This document shows, in pieces, positions 18,519 to 29,203 of a stretch of DNA of 64,000 nucleotides. This stretch comes from Sphaerobacteraceae bacterium (lineage in GTDB: Bacteria > Chloroflexota > Chloroflexia > Thermomicrobiales > UBA6265). The stretch spans positions 878-64,877 of the forward strand of contig JADDPH010000077.1 of NCBI GenBank assembly GCA_016781925.1, written 5' to 3'. Positions within the stretch are counted from its first letter, which is position 1. Each line of letters opens with the position of its first letter. Under the pieces are notes generated by a model. It saw only the letters and a list, made by a program, of their open reading frames with translations. It did no database searches and was not told the origin of the DNA. The position numbers and the translations under genes were made by a program.

Positions 18519-19343
18519 CTACGCCCCGTCCACCCGATCCTGAGCGTGGTGGACCAGCTGCGTAACGAACGTGCGAGGCAGAAACCGGTTGGCTTCGGCC
18601 AGAACGCGGTTGCGTCGGCCGGGAATGACGACGGTCTTTCCTCGCAGCATGCCGGCGTAGCCCGCCTGGGCCACAGTGGCCGCGTCCATGATTGTGCGCC
18701 CCTTGATCAACCTGGATTCCTCCATGGCGGCCCGCGCTTGGAACCCCGTCTCTGTCGGGCCCGGGCAGAGTGCGGTCACCGTGACGCCGGAGCCACGAAC
18801 CTCTTCGGCCACCGCTTGGGAGAAGGAGAGGACATAGGCCTTGGTGGCGTAGTAGACAGCCATCAACGGCCCGGGTTGAAATGCCGCGGTCGAGGCCAGG
18901 TTCAGGATCTTGCCGTCCCGCCGCTTGAGCATATCTGGCAACAGCAGCTTGGTGAGGTGGGTCACGGTGAGCATGTTGACCCGCATCATCGCCAGCTCGT
19001 CCTGAAGGTTCGTCTCGGCAAATGGGCCGTAGATGGCGTATCCGGCGTTGTTGACCAGCACATGCACTGCCACCCCGCCTCGCCGTAGCTGAACCACGAT
19101 CTCCTCGACTGCCGCGGGCTGGGCCAAATCCTTGACGATGGTCGTCACCCGGCTGCCAAACCGGGTGCGGAGGTCGTCCGCGACGGCGTCCAGCCGGTCA
19201 GCGGTCCGCGCGACGAGGACTAGGTCGTGGCCGTCTCGAGCCAGGAGCTTGGCCAGTTCGAGTCCAATCCCGCTGGTCGCGCCGGTGATCAGCGCAACCC
19301 GCCCGGCCTTAATCTCACCTGGTCCGTCCATCACTCCCTCCAC
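18519..19343 (-). CDS. SDR-family oxidoreductase
   Basis: ALITGATSGIGLELAKLLA (TGxxxGxG), NNAG, YxxxK (YYATKAY). Confidence 0.9.
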   Translation of the reverse strand: MEGVMDGPGEIKAGRVALITGATSGIGLELAKLLARDGHDLVLVARTADRLDAVADDLRTRFGSRVTTIVKDLAQPAAVEEIVVQLRRGGVAVHVLVNNAGYAIYGPFAETNLQDELAMMRVNMLTVTHLTKLLLPDMLKRRDGKILNLASTAAFQPGPLMAVYYATKAYVLSFSQAVAEEVRGSGVTVTALCPGPTETGFQARAAMEESRLIKGRTIMDAATVAQAGYAGMLRGKTVVIPGRRNRVLAEANRFLPRTFVTQLVHHAQDRVDGA

Positions 19344-19758
19344 GCCGCTCCCCGCATATGGTCCTCGGGAGTCGCGTCATCACCCACGGCTGCCACGCAG
19401 TGCCGTGCCCGGCCTTGTCCGACCGAGCCAAGCGGATGAGTAGGATAGGCGCTTCCGCATCAGTTGGCGTGTCCTGGGCAGGCTACTGTCTCTCGCCCGC
19501 TCCGTCCCGGCGTAGTGCAACGATGAGGCGGAGACCCCGGGATCCTGCCCGCTCGATGGTGAGGGAGATGCAGGGAACCGGAATGAGAATGGAGTAGAAG
19601 CCCTCACAAGTGGGACTGGTCAGTTGACCGCGTCCAGCACCCACTGGAGGGCTACCGATGCGCCAGCGCCAAACCTGTCGTTAGACGGTCGCTGGCGTTT
19701 GCAGACGTGCTGATGATGGAGAGAATTGCGGCCTGAGGTGGTGTCTCTCTTGGGACCA

Positions 19759-20022
19759 TTACAGGGGCTGCGTCGCCAATAACGCCGTGAGTGCCGCGAC
19801 GATCAACGCAATCACCGCTATGGTGCGAAGGACCAGATCGCGCTTCGTCAGCAGATCCTCCGTCCGCCGCTGATTCTCGGTCACCCGTTTCGCCCTCCCA
19901 GCATCACAAAGATCAAGATGTACGTACACCGTACCATGGTAAAAAGAGACCCCCGGCGTGTCAATGGAACGGATGTCCGAGTCGACCGTCGTCTCACGCC
20001 GCAGGAAGGGCGCGGCGATCAC
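19759..20022 (-). CDS. hypothetical small protein with C-terminal TM helix
   Basis: The GTG start overlaps the stop of the upstream GNAT gene (GTGA). C-terminal RTIAVIALIVAALTALLA. The middle is AT-richer than its surroundings. Confidence 0.4.
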   Translation of the reverse strand: MIAAPFLRRETTVDSDIRSIDTPGVSFYHGTVYVHLDLCDAGRAKRVTENQRRTEDLLTKRDLVLRTIAVIALIVAALTALLATQPL

Positions 20023-20765
20023 ACCTCGTCCTTCGATGTAGAGACCGTTGGTTGAACGGTCACTGGGCCGCGCTGGTCATCCCGTGCGGCGAACTCGGCA
20101 CGGTCGAGAACCATCTCGATGACATGCAGCTCGGTCCGTGGCCAGCCGACGAACTCGACGTGTTCGCCGGTTTGCTGGAAGCCAACTCGCTGATAGGCGG
20201 CAATAGCGCGAGAGTTGTGACGGAAGACTTCCAACCGCACCTGGCTCAACCCATGGTGCTCGAACGCTTCGGCAACGACGAGTCGTGTCGCCTCGGTGCC
20301 GTAGCCCCTGCCCCAACACTCCTTTTCGCCGATCACGATTCGGAACAACGCTGAGGTGCCATTCGGAGGGATGTCGGTCAAGGCGGTCGTGCCAATCAGG
20401 CGGTCACTGACCGCCTCGTGGACGGCGTAACAGAGCCCCCTAGCCGACAACGGCAGGATGATGGTATCGAAGTATCCCCGAGATTGAATGGCGTTCAGTG
20501 GCTCCTGGTCATGCCGGAGCAGGTGCGCGATCTCCTCGTCGGCATACCAACGCTGGAACGCGGCGCGATTCGCGGGGACATGGGTCCGCAGACGAACAAG
20601 CCGTCCTTCTCGAACCAGGTCACCGGCGGGCTCGCCAGGGCCGGAACTATCCTGCCGTTGCTCGTCATCCACCGTCTGCTCGCTTCCTCGAACCGCCTTG
20701 GCCCGGTTGGCGACAGCCCAGAGGTGCCGACACGCGCGATAACACTGACCCAGGATTACCCTCAC
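20019..20765 (-). CDS. GNAT-family N-acetyltransferase
   Basis: LVRLRTHVPANRAAFQRWY...IGEKECWGRGYGTEATRLVVAEAFEHHGLSQVRLEVFRHNSRAIAAYQRVGF. The N-terminal 45 aa and the start are uncertain. Confidence 0.8.
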   Translation of the reverse strand: MRVILGQCYRACRHLWAVANRAKAVRGSEQTVDDEQRQDSSGPGEPAGDLVREGRLVRLRTHVPANRAAFQRWYADEEIAHLLRHDQEPLNAIQSRGYFDTIILPLSARGLCYAVHEAVSDRLIGTTALTDIPPNGTSALFRIVIGEKECWGRGYGTEATRLVVAEAFEHHGLSQVRLEVFRHNSRAIAAYQRVGFQQTGEHVEFVGWPRTELHVIEMVLDRAEFAARDDQRGPVTVQPTVSTSKDEV

Positions 20766-21077
20766 CGGTCACCATCAGCACGTCGTGGTCCTGCATCACA
20801 GGAACCGTCGCGAGTGAGCGGACCGGATGGTTGGGCTGAAGCGATCACCATCGCCGGGAGCAACCTGCCGCATCCGCACACGGGGAAGATGTTGCCGGAC
20901 CGCATGAGACCGGCCGTGGCACGACGGCAGTATACAGAGCGGGCTGCGGTGACCGGAACGCCAGGGACACAGAGCGATGGCGATCCGAAGATCGCCCGGC
21001 TGTCTGCCTGCTGCGGCATACCTCGGAATCCGGGACTCAGCGGAGACCTCCCGGCAGCGTGCACCTTCGTGGATCTT

Positions 21078-21118
21078 GAGAAAAACAGCGAGCCAGCCAG
21101 GTTTCCCTGGCTGGCTCG
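21078..21118 (-). terminator. Rho-independent terminator of the zinc-ribbon gene
   Basis: The minus strand reads CGAGCCAGCCAGG-GAAA-CCTGGCTGGCTCG (13-bp perfect stem), followed by CTGTTTTTCTC. Confidence 0.75.
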
Positions 21119-21198
21119 ACCGCGTCGCCGCCGGTCAGAAGCGGCAACGCGGCTGGGCTCCCGGTGAAACGACCGGCACGGGGCCGGCTGCTAACCGA

Positions 21199-21612
21199 TT
21201 AGTAGCTCCCGTAGCGCGGCGTCGAAGCGCGGCGGTCCTGGAAGCACTCGCGGCAGTAGACCGGCTTGTCGCTCCGCGGCTGGAAGGGGACCTCAGTCTC
21301 CTTCTGGCAGGAGGAGCAGACCGCGGGGTACATCTGGCGCGGGCCGCTGGAATAGCCGCCACCGCCGCCGGAGGAGTATCCCCCGCCGCCACCAGAAGAG
21401 TACCCGCCGCCACCGCTGGAGTAGCTGCCGCCACCCGAGTAGCCGCCGCCTGTATCGTAGCCGGAGGACGCTCGCTGCGCCTTCCGTGCCGACCGGCACG
21501 CGGGGCAGCGCTGCGGCTCAGAGAACCCGCGCTCCGTATAGAACGCCTGCTCGCCGGCTGTAAACGTGAATTCCTGACCGCAATCGCGGCAGGTTAGCGT
21601 ACGATCGCTCAT
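21199..21612 (-). CDS. double zinc-ribbon protein with Gly/Ser/Tyr-rich low-complexity linker
   Basis: ATG 21612 follows GGAGAGG. N-terminal CRDCGQEFTFTAGEQAFYTERGFSEPQRCPACR, C-terminal CSSCQKETEVPFQPRSDKPVYCRECF (CxxC-x17-CxxC). The 185-aa track ORF has a spurious N-terminal extension. Confidence 0.85.
   Translation of the reverse strand: MSDRTLTCRDCGQEFTFTAGEQAFYTERGFSEPQRCPACRSARKAQRASSGYDTGGGYSGGGSYSSGGGGYSSGGGGGYSSGGGGGYSSGPRQMYPAVCSSCQKETEVPFQPRSDKPVYCRECFQDRRASTPRYGSY
21343..21468 (-). repeat. coding tandem repeat, (G)nYS(S) units
   Basis: Encodes SSGYDTGGGYSGGGSYSSGGGGYSSGGGGGYSSGGGGGYSSG, with near-periodic GGC/GGT/TAC/TCC codon blocks. Confidence 0.8.
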
Positions 21613-22227
21613 TCCGCCTGGACCTCTCCTCGCCGTGGGTTCCCACGACACAGAACAAAAAAGAACGCTTGAGACGTTTCCTGGCGGAACGAGACACGTG
21701 GATACGCTGACCGCGGGTCCGACGAGCACGAGCGCTGTGGGATCGTCTCTGAGCATTCAGTATACCACGTTCGGGCGAATGTCAACTATTCGGTCAACAC
21801 TTTGTTCTGACAGTTTGTTGCCCCAGCTCGCCCAGTCAACGGACGGGGAAGAATCAGGGCAATCGCATTTGGCCTTCGCGTGCCTGCGAGGGGACTTGGG
21901 CGTGGTGGAGGGCGGTCCGATCTGGGTCGTCGATGACCCGGCCGGGAGGGGAATCTCAGCAAATTTGGGTGCCAACAACGACGGAGGTCACTGCGGCGAC
22001 CGTCCTTCACGTCGTCACCAGGGCTCCGGACGCCCAACCGACTCTAAATGCGATTGCCCTGGGGGAAGAATTGGTCGAACCGGGGTGTGCCGCGCCGCTA
22101 TGCTACGATGCGCCGGCCCTCCGGAGCCGTGCGACTGCGCCGGCCTCCAGATCCGCATGTCGTGGAATCCGGCTCCCCTCCAGCGACCAGCGCAATCGGG
22201 GCGGGTACCAAGGAGCAAGGACGGACC

Positions 22228-23358
22228 ATGAACGTCCACGAGTATCAGGCAGCCGAGGTTCTGGCGCGCCACGGTATTCCGGTCAACGAGGGACGGGTTG
22301 CGACAACGCCGGACGAGGCAGAAGAGGCGGCCCGTGCCTTCGGGAGCCTGGTCGCGGTCAAGGCCCAAGTCCACACGGGAGGCCGCGGCAAAGCGGGAGG
22401 CATCGCACTTGCCCGGACCCCGGAGGAGGCCCGCGAGGCGGCGACACGCATCCTGGGGATGGACATCCGCGGGCACAAGGTGGGCAAGGTCTTCGTGGTG
22501 CCGGGCGCCGACATCGCCAAGGAGTTCTACCTTGGCGTCGTGCTGGACCGGCCACAGCGTCGGACACTGGTGATGGCGAGCGCCGAAGGGGGCGTCGACA
22601 TCGAGGAGGTTGCTCGGGAGCGACCGGAGAAGATCGTCCGAGCGCTGGCCGATCCCCTGCTCGGCTTCCACGCCTACCAGGCCCGCCAGATGGCGTTCGC
22701 GCTCGGGATCGCGCCCGACAAGGTGGCCGGCTTTGCCGCCATCGCTCAGCGCCTCTACGAGACGTACATCGCTGAAGACGCGACCCTGGCCGAGATTAAT
22801 CCGCTGATCCTGACCGGCTCCGGCGAGTGGCTCGCGCTCGACGCCAAGATGAGCTTCGACGATAACGCGCTCTTCCGGCACCCGGATGTGGAAGCACTGC
22901 GAGATCCCGCCGAGGAGAACGCCACAGAGGTCGAGGCCCGGCGCAGCGGCATCTCGTTCGTCAAGCTCGATGGCACCATCGGCTGCATCGTCAATGGGGC
23001 TGGGCTTGCGATGGCAACGATGGACGCCGTCAAGCTGCACGGCGGAGAGCCAGCCAACTTTCTGGACGTCGGCGGCGGCGCGAGCGCCGAGCAGGTGGCC
23101 AAGGCATTTGGGCTGGTCACGGCTGACCCCAATGTCCGCGCTATCCTTATCAACATCTTCGGCGGTATCACTCGTGGCGATGTGGTGGCCAGCGGCATTC
23201 GTGAGGCCCTAGGCCGCGTCGAGGTCAAGGTCCCCATCGTCGTGCGCCTTGCCGGTACCAATGCTGAGGAAGGCCGCGCATCCTTGGCAGAGGCCGGGCT
23301 GACAGCCGTCGACACGATGGACGAAGCCGCCGCGCAAGTCGTCACCGCGGCGGCATAA
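22228..23358 (+). CDS. sucC: succinate--CoA ligase subunit beta
   Basis: [19 protein letters not shown]...[15 protein letters not shown]...[22 protein letters not shown] upstream. The track ORF starts 180 nt too early. Confidence 0.95.
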   Translation: MNVHEYQAAEVLARHGIPVNEGRVATTPDEAEEAARAFGSLVAVKAQVHTGGRGKAGGIALARTPEEAREAATRILGMDIRGHKVGKVFVVPGADIAKEFYLGVVLDRPQRRTLVMASAEGGVDIEEVARERPEKIVRALADPLLGFHAYQARQMAFALGIAPDKVAGFAAIAQRLYETYIAEDATLAEINPLILTGSGEWLALDAKMSFDDNALFRHPDVEALRDPAEENATEVEARRSGISFVKLDGTIGCIVNGAGLAMATMDAVKLHGGEPANFLDVGGGASAEQVAKAFGLVTADPNVRAILINIFGGITRGDVVASGIREALGRVEVKVPIVVRLAGTNAEEGRASLAEAGLTAVDTMDEAAAQVVTAAA

Positions 23359-23377
23359 CAGGCGAGGAGTCGAGCGC

Positions 23378-24250
23378 GTGAGCATTCTGATCGATCGCGA
23401 GACCCGCCTGCTGGTCCAGGGCATTACCGGGCGGGAGGGATCGTTTCACACGACCCAGATGGTCGAATACGGCACGAACGTCGTCGCCGGAGTGACCCCC
23501 GGGGGACGAGGCAAGACCGTCGCGGGGGTACCGGTGTTCGACACGGTGGCCGATGCGGTGGGGGAGACCGGGGCCAACGCCTCTATCATCTACGTGCCCG
23601 CCCGGTTCGCCCCGGACGCCGTCTACGAGGCCGTGGACGCCGGGATCCCGTTCGTGGTCTGCATCACCGAGGGGATTCCCGTCTCAGATATGGTCCCGGT
23701 CGCAGCCTATGTCAAGGCGAAGGGCGCCCGCCTGCTGGGTCCGAACTGCCCGGGGCTCATTACTCCTGGCGAAGCCAAGGTCGGAATCATGCCGGGCTCC
23801 ATCCACACGCCCGGGCCGGTCGGGCTCGTGTCGCGCTCCGGCACCCTCACCTACGAGGTGGTGGATGCGCTGACGCGGGCCGGCCTTGGGCAAAGCACCG
23901 CCGTCGGGATTGGCGGCGACCCCGTGATCGGAACATCGTTCGTGGATGCGCTGCGCCTCTTTCAGGACGACCCGAAGACGGAAGCGATCGTCGTCATCGG
24001 GGAGATCGGCGGCAGCGACGAAGAGGACGCGGCCCGGTTCATCGCCGAGCACGTGACCAAGCCCGTCGCCGGATTCATCGCCGGGCAAACCGCGCCGCCG
24101 GGCAAGCGGATGGGCCATGCCGGCGCCATCATCTCCGGTGGAACCGGCACCGCTGCCGAGAAAATCGCGGCGCTGGAAGGGGCGGGCGTCCGCGTCGCTG
24201 AGAGCCCGTCACAGGTTCCGGGCCTGCTTCGGGAAGCGATGGCTGGCTGA
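23378..24250 (+). CDS. sucD: succinate--CoA ligase subunit alpha
   Basis: [31 protein letters not shown]...SRSGTLTYE...[13 protein letters not shown] (active-site His). Confidence 0.95.
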   Translation: MSILIDRETRLLVQGITGREGSFHTTQMVEYGTNVVAGVTPGGRGKTVAGVPVFDTVADAVGETGANASIIYVPARFAPDAVYEAVDAGIPFVVCITEGIPVSDMVPVAAYVKAKGARLLGPNCPGLITPGEAKVGIMPGSIHTPGPVGLVSRSGTLTYEVVDALTRAGLGQSTAVGIGGDPVIGTSFVDALRLFQDDPKTEAIVVIGEIGGSDEEDAARFIAEHVTKPVAGFIAGQTAPPGKRMGHAGAIISGGTGTAAEKIAALEGAGVRVAESPSQVPGLLREAMAG

Positions 24251-24390
24251 GGCGGCGTAGCCTCCTCGAAGCCTCACCGACAATGACGCCGACCCTCGGT
24301 TCAACGCGCGCTGAATGGAGGACACTGACGGTCCCGCTGGTCTGCGAACGCGTGCCCGGACGACGGGATGTGCTAGGTCGCGGCGATGGC

Positions 24391-24540
24391 TCAAAGGAAG
24401 AGCTTGACGAACCCCCAGCCGAGACCGCCGACGACCAGGACGAAGCCGACCGGCAGGGCGATGCCCATCACCGACTCACGCTCGAATCCGAGCCCGTACA
24501 CCCCCGACAGTTCCTTCACCCGGTTGATCAGCCCGCTCAT
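24391..24540 (-). CDS. hypothetical small membrane protein (49 aa)
   Basis: MSGLINRVKELSGVYGLGFERESVMGIALPVGFVLVVGGLGWGFVKLFL. GGGAG lies 10 nt before the ATG. Nearly all codons end in G/C. Lies downstream of lysS on the same strand. Confidence 0.4.
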   Translation of the reverse strand: MSGLINRVKELSGVYGLGFERESVMGIALPVGFVLVVGGLGWGFVKLFL

Positions 24541-24693
24541 CACCGCTGGACTCCCATGCATCACTCCCTGAAGCCGTGCCACCGTACGGCAGCGCGGCCA
24601 TGCTTGAGAGGCGTCACTCCCCGTACACGATCATAGCGCACCGGTTGCGCCCGCAACAGCGCGGGGCGTTCCTCTTGGGTATGGCCGCCGCGG

Positions 24694-26232
24694 CTAGCCC
24701 TCCTGCCCTTTTTCAGCCGGGGACGACCAGGAAAGGCCGTCGTCACCAGCCGGCAGGTTTCGCATCGCCGGGAAGAGGATGACGTCCCGGATGCTCGGTT
24801 GATCGGCGAGCAGCATCACCAGGCGGTCGATGCCGATGCCGATCCCGCCGGTCGGCGGCATGCCATACATGAGGGCGTTCACGAAGTCCGCATCGATCGG
24901 CATCGCCTCTTCGTCGCCAGCGTCGCGGTCCTGCTGCTGCTCTCGGAAGCGCGCCAACTGATCCAGCGGGTCGTTCAGTTCGGTGAAGGCATTGGCGAGT
25001 TCACCCCCGCCGATATAGATCTGGAATCGCTCGACGTGGGAGGGGTCCTCAGGCTTGCGCTTAGCCAGAGGAGAGAGCGCCACCGGGTAGTCGATGAGGA
25101 AGGTCGGCCGGATGAGCTTCGGGCGGACGAACTGTTTGAGCAACTCGTCGACGATCCGGGGCCAGACGGTCTCGTTGGGAACGTCGGCGCCGGCGGCACG
25201 GGCCGCAGCTAGCAGGTCCGCTTGCTCCGGGTGGGCCGCGTAGTCGACACCGGAGGCGTCGCGGATCGCCTCCCGGAGGGTGACCCGGGGCCAGGGCGGT
25301 GTCAGGTCAATCTCGTTGCCGTTGAAGGTCAGGCGGGGTGCGCCGAGCACCTCCGTCGCCGTCTGGACGAGCAGCTGTTCCGCCACCTCCATGATCGTTT
25401 GATAGTCCGCAAATGCCTCATAGAACTCCAGCATGGTGAACTCAGGAGAGTGGTTCCGGTCGATCCCCTCGTTGCGGAAGTCCTTGGAGATCTCATAGAC
25501 ACGCTCGTAGCCGCCGACCAGCAACCGCTTCAGGTACAGCTCGTCGGCGATTCGGAGGTAGAACGTCTGATCCAGGGCATTGTGATGGGTGGTGAAGGGA
25601 CGCGCGGCGGCACCGCCGTAGAGCGGCTGCAGCACCGGTGTCTCCACCTCAAGATACCCCCGCGCGTCGAGGAAACGGCGCAGCGCTGAGATGGTCCGCG
25701 AACGAATCTCGAAGACCCGGCGAACCTCGGCGTTGGCGAGCAGATCGACGTAGCGCTGCCGGTACCGCGTTTCGACATCGGTCAGGCCGTGCCACTTCTC
25801 GGGCGGGGCGTTGAGCGCTTTCGTGAGGATCGCGAACGTGGACACCCTTAAGGAGATCTCCCCCATCCGGGTCCGGAACAGGCGCCCCGTCGCCTGAACG
25901 AAGTCCCCTAGGTCGTAGAGCTTGAGAAAAGTCGCAAACAGCTCCTCACCGACCTCGTCCCGTCGAAGGTAGAGCTGCAAGTCACCATGGCCGTCACGGA
26001 TATGGGCAAAAATGGTCTTGCCCTGGTGCCGGCGGCTGACGATGCGACCCGCAACCGTGATCTGCTCCGGGTCCTCGCCTTCACCTAAAGAGGGCTCGAT
26101 GTCTTCAAAGCGAGCCACCGCCTGGAGGGTGCTGTGCGTCCGGTGGGCACGCGGCGGATACGGGTCGACCCCTTGCTCGCGGAGTTGATCGACCTTCTGC
26201 CGCCGTATCTCTTGGAGTTCGGAGAGTTCCAT
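24694..26232 (-). CDS. lysS: lysine--tRNA ligase (class II)
   Basis: MELSELQEIRRQKVDQLREQGVDPYP..., an OB anticodon-binding domain, and class II motifs (FRNEGID..., GGIGIGIDRLVMLL). Confidence 0.95.
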   Translation of the reverse strand: MELSELQEIRRQKVDQLREQGVDPYPPRAHRTHSTLQAVARFEDIEPSLGEGEDPEQITVAGRIVSRRHQGKTIFAHIRDGHGDLQLYLRRDEVGEELFATFLKLYDLGDFVQATGRLFRTRMGEISLRVSTFAILTKALNAPPEKWHGLTDVETRYRQRYVDLLANAEVRRVFEIRSRTISALRRFLDARGYLEVETPVLQPLYGGAAARPFTTHHNALDQTFYLRIADELYLKRLLVGGYERVYEISKDFRNEGIDRNHSPEFTMLEFYEAFADYQTIMEVAEQLLVQTATEVLGAPRLTFNGNEIDLTPPWPRVTLREAIRDASGVDYAAHPEQADLLAAARAAGADVPNETVWPRIVDELLKQFVRPKLIRPTFLIDYPVALSPLAKRKPEDPSHVERFQIYIGGGELANAFTELNDPLDQLARFREQQQDRDAGDEEAMPIDADFVNALMYGMPPTGGIGIGIDRLVMLLADQPSIRDVILFPAMRNLPAGDDGLSWSSPAEKGQEG

Positions 26233-26374
26233 GAAACCTCGCTGCGGGACCGTCGGCCTCCAGTGTCTCGCCATCGGCCCGACTTGAACGGGGGCCGCTC
26301 TCCCATCCCCCGCCACTCACGCCCGGGCATCAGATGATGAACAGAGCACTCGACGATTCGGGGATGGGAGGTTG

Positions 26375-26845
26375 CTAGGAGACCTCGATCACGGTGTAGA
26401 CGATGGTGCCGCCGGGTGTGGTCACGGTCGGGGAGTCTCCCTTGCGACACCCCACGAGGGCGCGACCGACCGGAGACTCCGTTGAGATCGTGCCGACCAG
26501 CGTGTTGGCCTCCTCCGGCCGCACCAAAATCCACGTCTCCTCTTCGCCGTCGTCACTGCGGAGGGTCACACGGGAGCCAAGGCCTACCGAGTCATCATTA
26601 ACGTCGCGCTGGATGACCTCGGCGCGCTGGAGGGTCTGTTCCAGATCCCGGATGCGGGCATCGACGAGAACGAGTTCTTCCTTCAACTCCTCGTACTCGC
26701 TGTTGTCGGAGATGTCCCCGTGCTCATTGGCTTCCTGGATACGAGCAGCGAGGTTTGGTCGCTTCGTCCCGAGCAAGGTTTGCAACTCCTCCTCGAGCCG
26801 GGCCTTGCCGCTAGAGGTGAGCTGCACGCTGCGATCCTTGACCAT
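26375..26845 (-). CDS. greA: transcription elongation factor GreA
   Basis: MVKDRSVQLTSSGKARLEEELQTLLGTKRPNLAARIQEANEHGDISDNSEYEELKEE. The track ORF carries a spurious 59-aa extension. Confidence 0.95.
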   Translation of the reverse strand: MVKDRSVQLTSSGKARLEEELQTLLGTKRPNLAARIQEANEHGDISDNSEYEELKEELVLVDARIRDLEQTLQRAEVIQRDVNDDSVGLGSRVTLRSDDGEEETWILVRPEEANTLVGTISTESPVGRALVGCRKGDSPTVTTPGGTIVYTVIEVS

Positions 26846-27811
26846 GGGAACGTCCTTTCGTCGTAACCCGGGACGGGCAGGACCGGAGGCCACATCGACA
26901 CACCAATCGTTGTCCTCCGCGGCCGCTACTCGCCCCGGACTCCCGGATCGATGACATCCGGTGCGGCAGATGCGGACCGCCGAACTCCGGCCGAGTGATG
27001 GCGAAGACGGAGAAGGAGCCAAAGGCCAATGCCCCCAGCTCCCCGCGCTAGGCAGTATATGGCGGTCACACCGCGCTGTAAATTCGCTGTCCTCGTGCCA
27101 CCGTCATCATGGCCGGCGCAAACCCCGGCCCTGTGGCCATCCTTATCGGTCATCACTGACCGAACACCTGCCCTTGGCGCCGGGCTCGCTCGAAGGCGAA
27201 TCCGGCGCCTCCGCTCCCGTTGCAGGAGATCGTGAGTTGCGATTCGCCGCGTTGACGGGAGATGGTCGATGGGATACCATCCGCTTCGGAACGTCGCGCC
27301 CGCGGCGCTCCGTTGTCGTGCGGGTCCATCGCACCGGCGTCGCGGTAATCGCGACGCCCGACTCGCACTCGGTCCCGTGAAGGGAGTCTCGTTGGACGCT
27401 GGCAGTCCCCGTCCCGACCAGGTGGAAAGGATCCCGGACTAGCCGGACGCGTCGTGCCTCCCCCGCGGAGGTCGCCCGCCCCGGTTGTTTCCGGGGCACG
27501 TGCTGCCGAGCCTTATCATCGGCTTGGCGGAAAGGGCGACCCAACTATGCAGCAGAGCCCCACGCGCTACTACATTGTCAAGGACGCCGACCAGCCGGTC
27601 GTGCGTTCAATCCCTGTGCGTTCGCACGCTGTTCGCACCGCCGTGGCGCCTCCCATTGTGTCTATCGATGAGAAGGCTTCGGCTTCCCCCATGCCGGCCA
27701 CACGCCAGAGTCAGGGGCATCGACGTGGCCCCACTCGGGTAGCGCACCTGGTTCGTGCCGCGATGCGCCGAACTGGGGCAGGGCGTTGAGCCGGTCCGGT
27801 CGTTGACCGGG

Positions 27812-29203
27812 ATGTCTCCGGTGAACACCGAAACCACCGACCGCGTCGAAGCCGAGGTCTCGCTTCTCCTCGGACTGCGCGAAGCTGTGGCTGGCGGAGA
27901 CGCCGCCCGGGCGCAAGCTTGCGCAGCCCAGATGCTGGAGGAGGACGCCCTTGCCCTCCTGGAAGACCTTCGCCCCGCCGAACTGAGCCGCCTGTTCGCC
28001 ATCATCGGTGATGAGGCGCTCGCGCAGCTCCTCGGGCGCCTCGACGACCGCGACGCAGCCGGCATCCTCTCCAGGATGTCGGCTGCCCAAGCGGCCGACA
28101 TCCTGGAGGAAATCGACCCCGACGATGCGACCGATATCGTCGACGAGATCGACGAGATCGACCCTGCCGTCGCCGAAGGCATCCTGGTCGCGATGGAGCC
28201 GGCCGAGGCAGCCGAAATCCGTGACCTGATGGCCTACCCGGCGGACTCCGCCGGCGGCATCATGACCCCGGCCTTCGTCGCCATTTCCCCGGACCTTCGC
28301 GCCGACGAGGCGGTGGCGGCCCTGCGACGGGTGGCTGAAGAGGCCGAAACCGTCAATTACGTCTATGTCGTTGACCCTGACGAGAAGTTGCTCGGCGTGC
28401 TCTCCCTCCATGCTCTCGTGCTCACCCGCGGCACAACGCCAGTCCGTGATCTGATCGTGCGAGACGTGGTCACGGTGCCCGTCGATGCGGACCAGGAAGA
28501 GGCTGCCCGGATCCTGACCGAGCGAGATCTCCTAGCGCTGCCCGTCGTCGACCATGATGGCCACCTGCTGGGAATCATCACCGCGGACGACGTGGCGGAC
28601 GTGCTGGAGGCCGAAGCAACGGAGGATATGGAGCGGCTCGGCGGCTCCCAGCCGCTGGAGGAGCCGTATCTTCGAGCCAGCCCCCTCCTGCTGTTCCGAA
28701 AGCGGATCGTCTGGCTCCTGGTCCTTTTTCTGGCTCAGTTCGTGACCATCGCCGTGCTGGACCATTACGAAGCGGATCTGGCGGAGGCGACGGTGTTGAG
28801 CCTGTTCGTGCCGATCCTGATTGGAACGGGTGGCAACGTTGGCAGCCAGACGGTGACAACGATCATTCGGGCAATGGCCGTCGGTGAGGCCGCGCCGCGC
28901 CATGCCCTCCGCATCGTCGGCAAGGAGATGACGACCGGGCTTGCCCTCGGCGCCACGATGGCCGTGCTGATGTTCTTTCGCGGCTTCTTCAACTCCGATG
29001 GGGACGCACGCTTGGGCCTTACGGTCGGCGCAACGGTGCTGGCGCTGACGGTCTGGGCCGCGATGGTCGGAGCCTTGCTACCACTGGGCCTGAGCAAGCT
29101 GCGTGTCGACCCAGCCGTGGTCTCGGCGCCCTTCATCACCTCCCTGGTTGATGGCACCGGTCTCATCATCTACTTCACCCTCGCAAATCTCCTCTTTCTT
29201 TGA
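27812..29203 (+). CDS. mgtE: magnesium transporter MgtE
   Basis: N-domain, tandem CBS (GIMTPAFVAISPDL..., LPVVDHDGHLLGIITADDV) and a 5-TM C-terminal domain (GTGGNVGSQT). Confidence 0.95.
   Translation: MSPVNTETTDRVEAEVSLLLGLREAVAGGDAARAQACAAQMLEEDALALLEDLRPAELSRLFAIIGDEALAQLLGRLDDRDAAGILSRMSAAQAADILEEIDPDDATDIVDEIDEIDPAVAEGILVAMEPAEAAEIRDLMAYPADSAGGIMTPAFVAISPDLRADEAVAALRRVAEEAETVNYVYVVDPDEKLLGVLSLHALVLTRGTTPVRDLIVRDVVTVPVDADQEEAARILTERDLLALPVVDHDGHLLGIITADDVADVLEAEATEDMERLGGSQPLEEPYLRASPLLLFRKRIVWLLVLFLAQFVTIAVLDHYEADLAEATVLSLFVPILIGTGGNVGSQTVTTIIRAMAVGEAAPRHALRIVGKEMTTGLALGATMAVLMFFRGFFNSDGDARLGLTVGATVLALTVWAAMVGALLPLGLSKLRVDPAVVSAPFITSLVDGTGLIIYFTLANLLFL

Noticed and set aside
22015-23040. 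341-aa minus-strand ORF
   Set aside because: It lies antisense to sucC.
27400-27811. M-box (ykoK) Mg2+ riboswitch expected upstream of mgtE
   Set aside because: The conserved core strings (GTTAGGTGAGGCT and the distal CAGTGCTAAAGCTCTACG-type block) were not found on either strand. No call was made.
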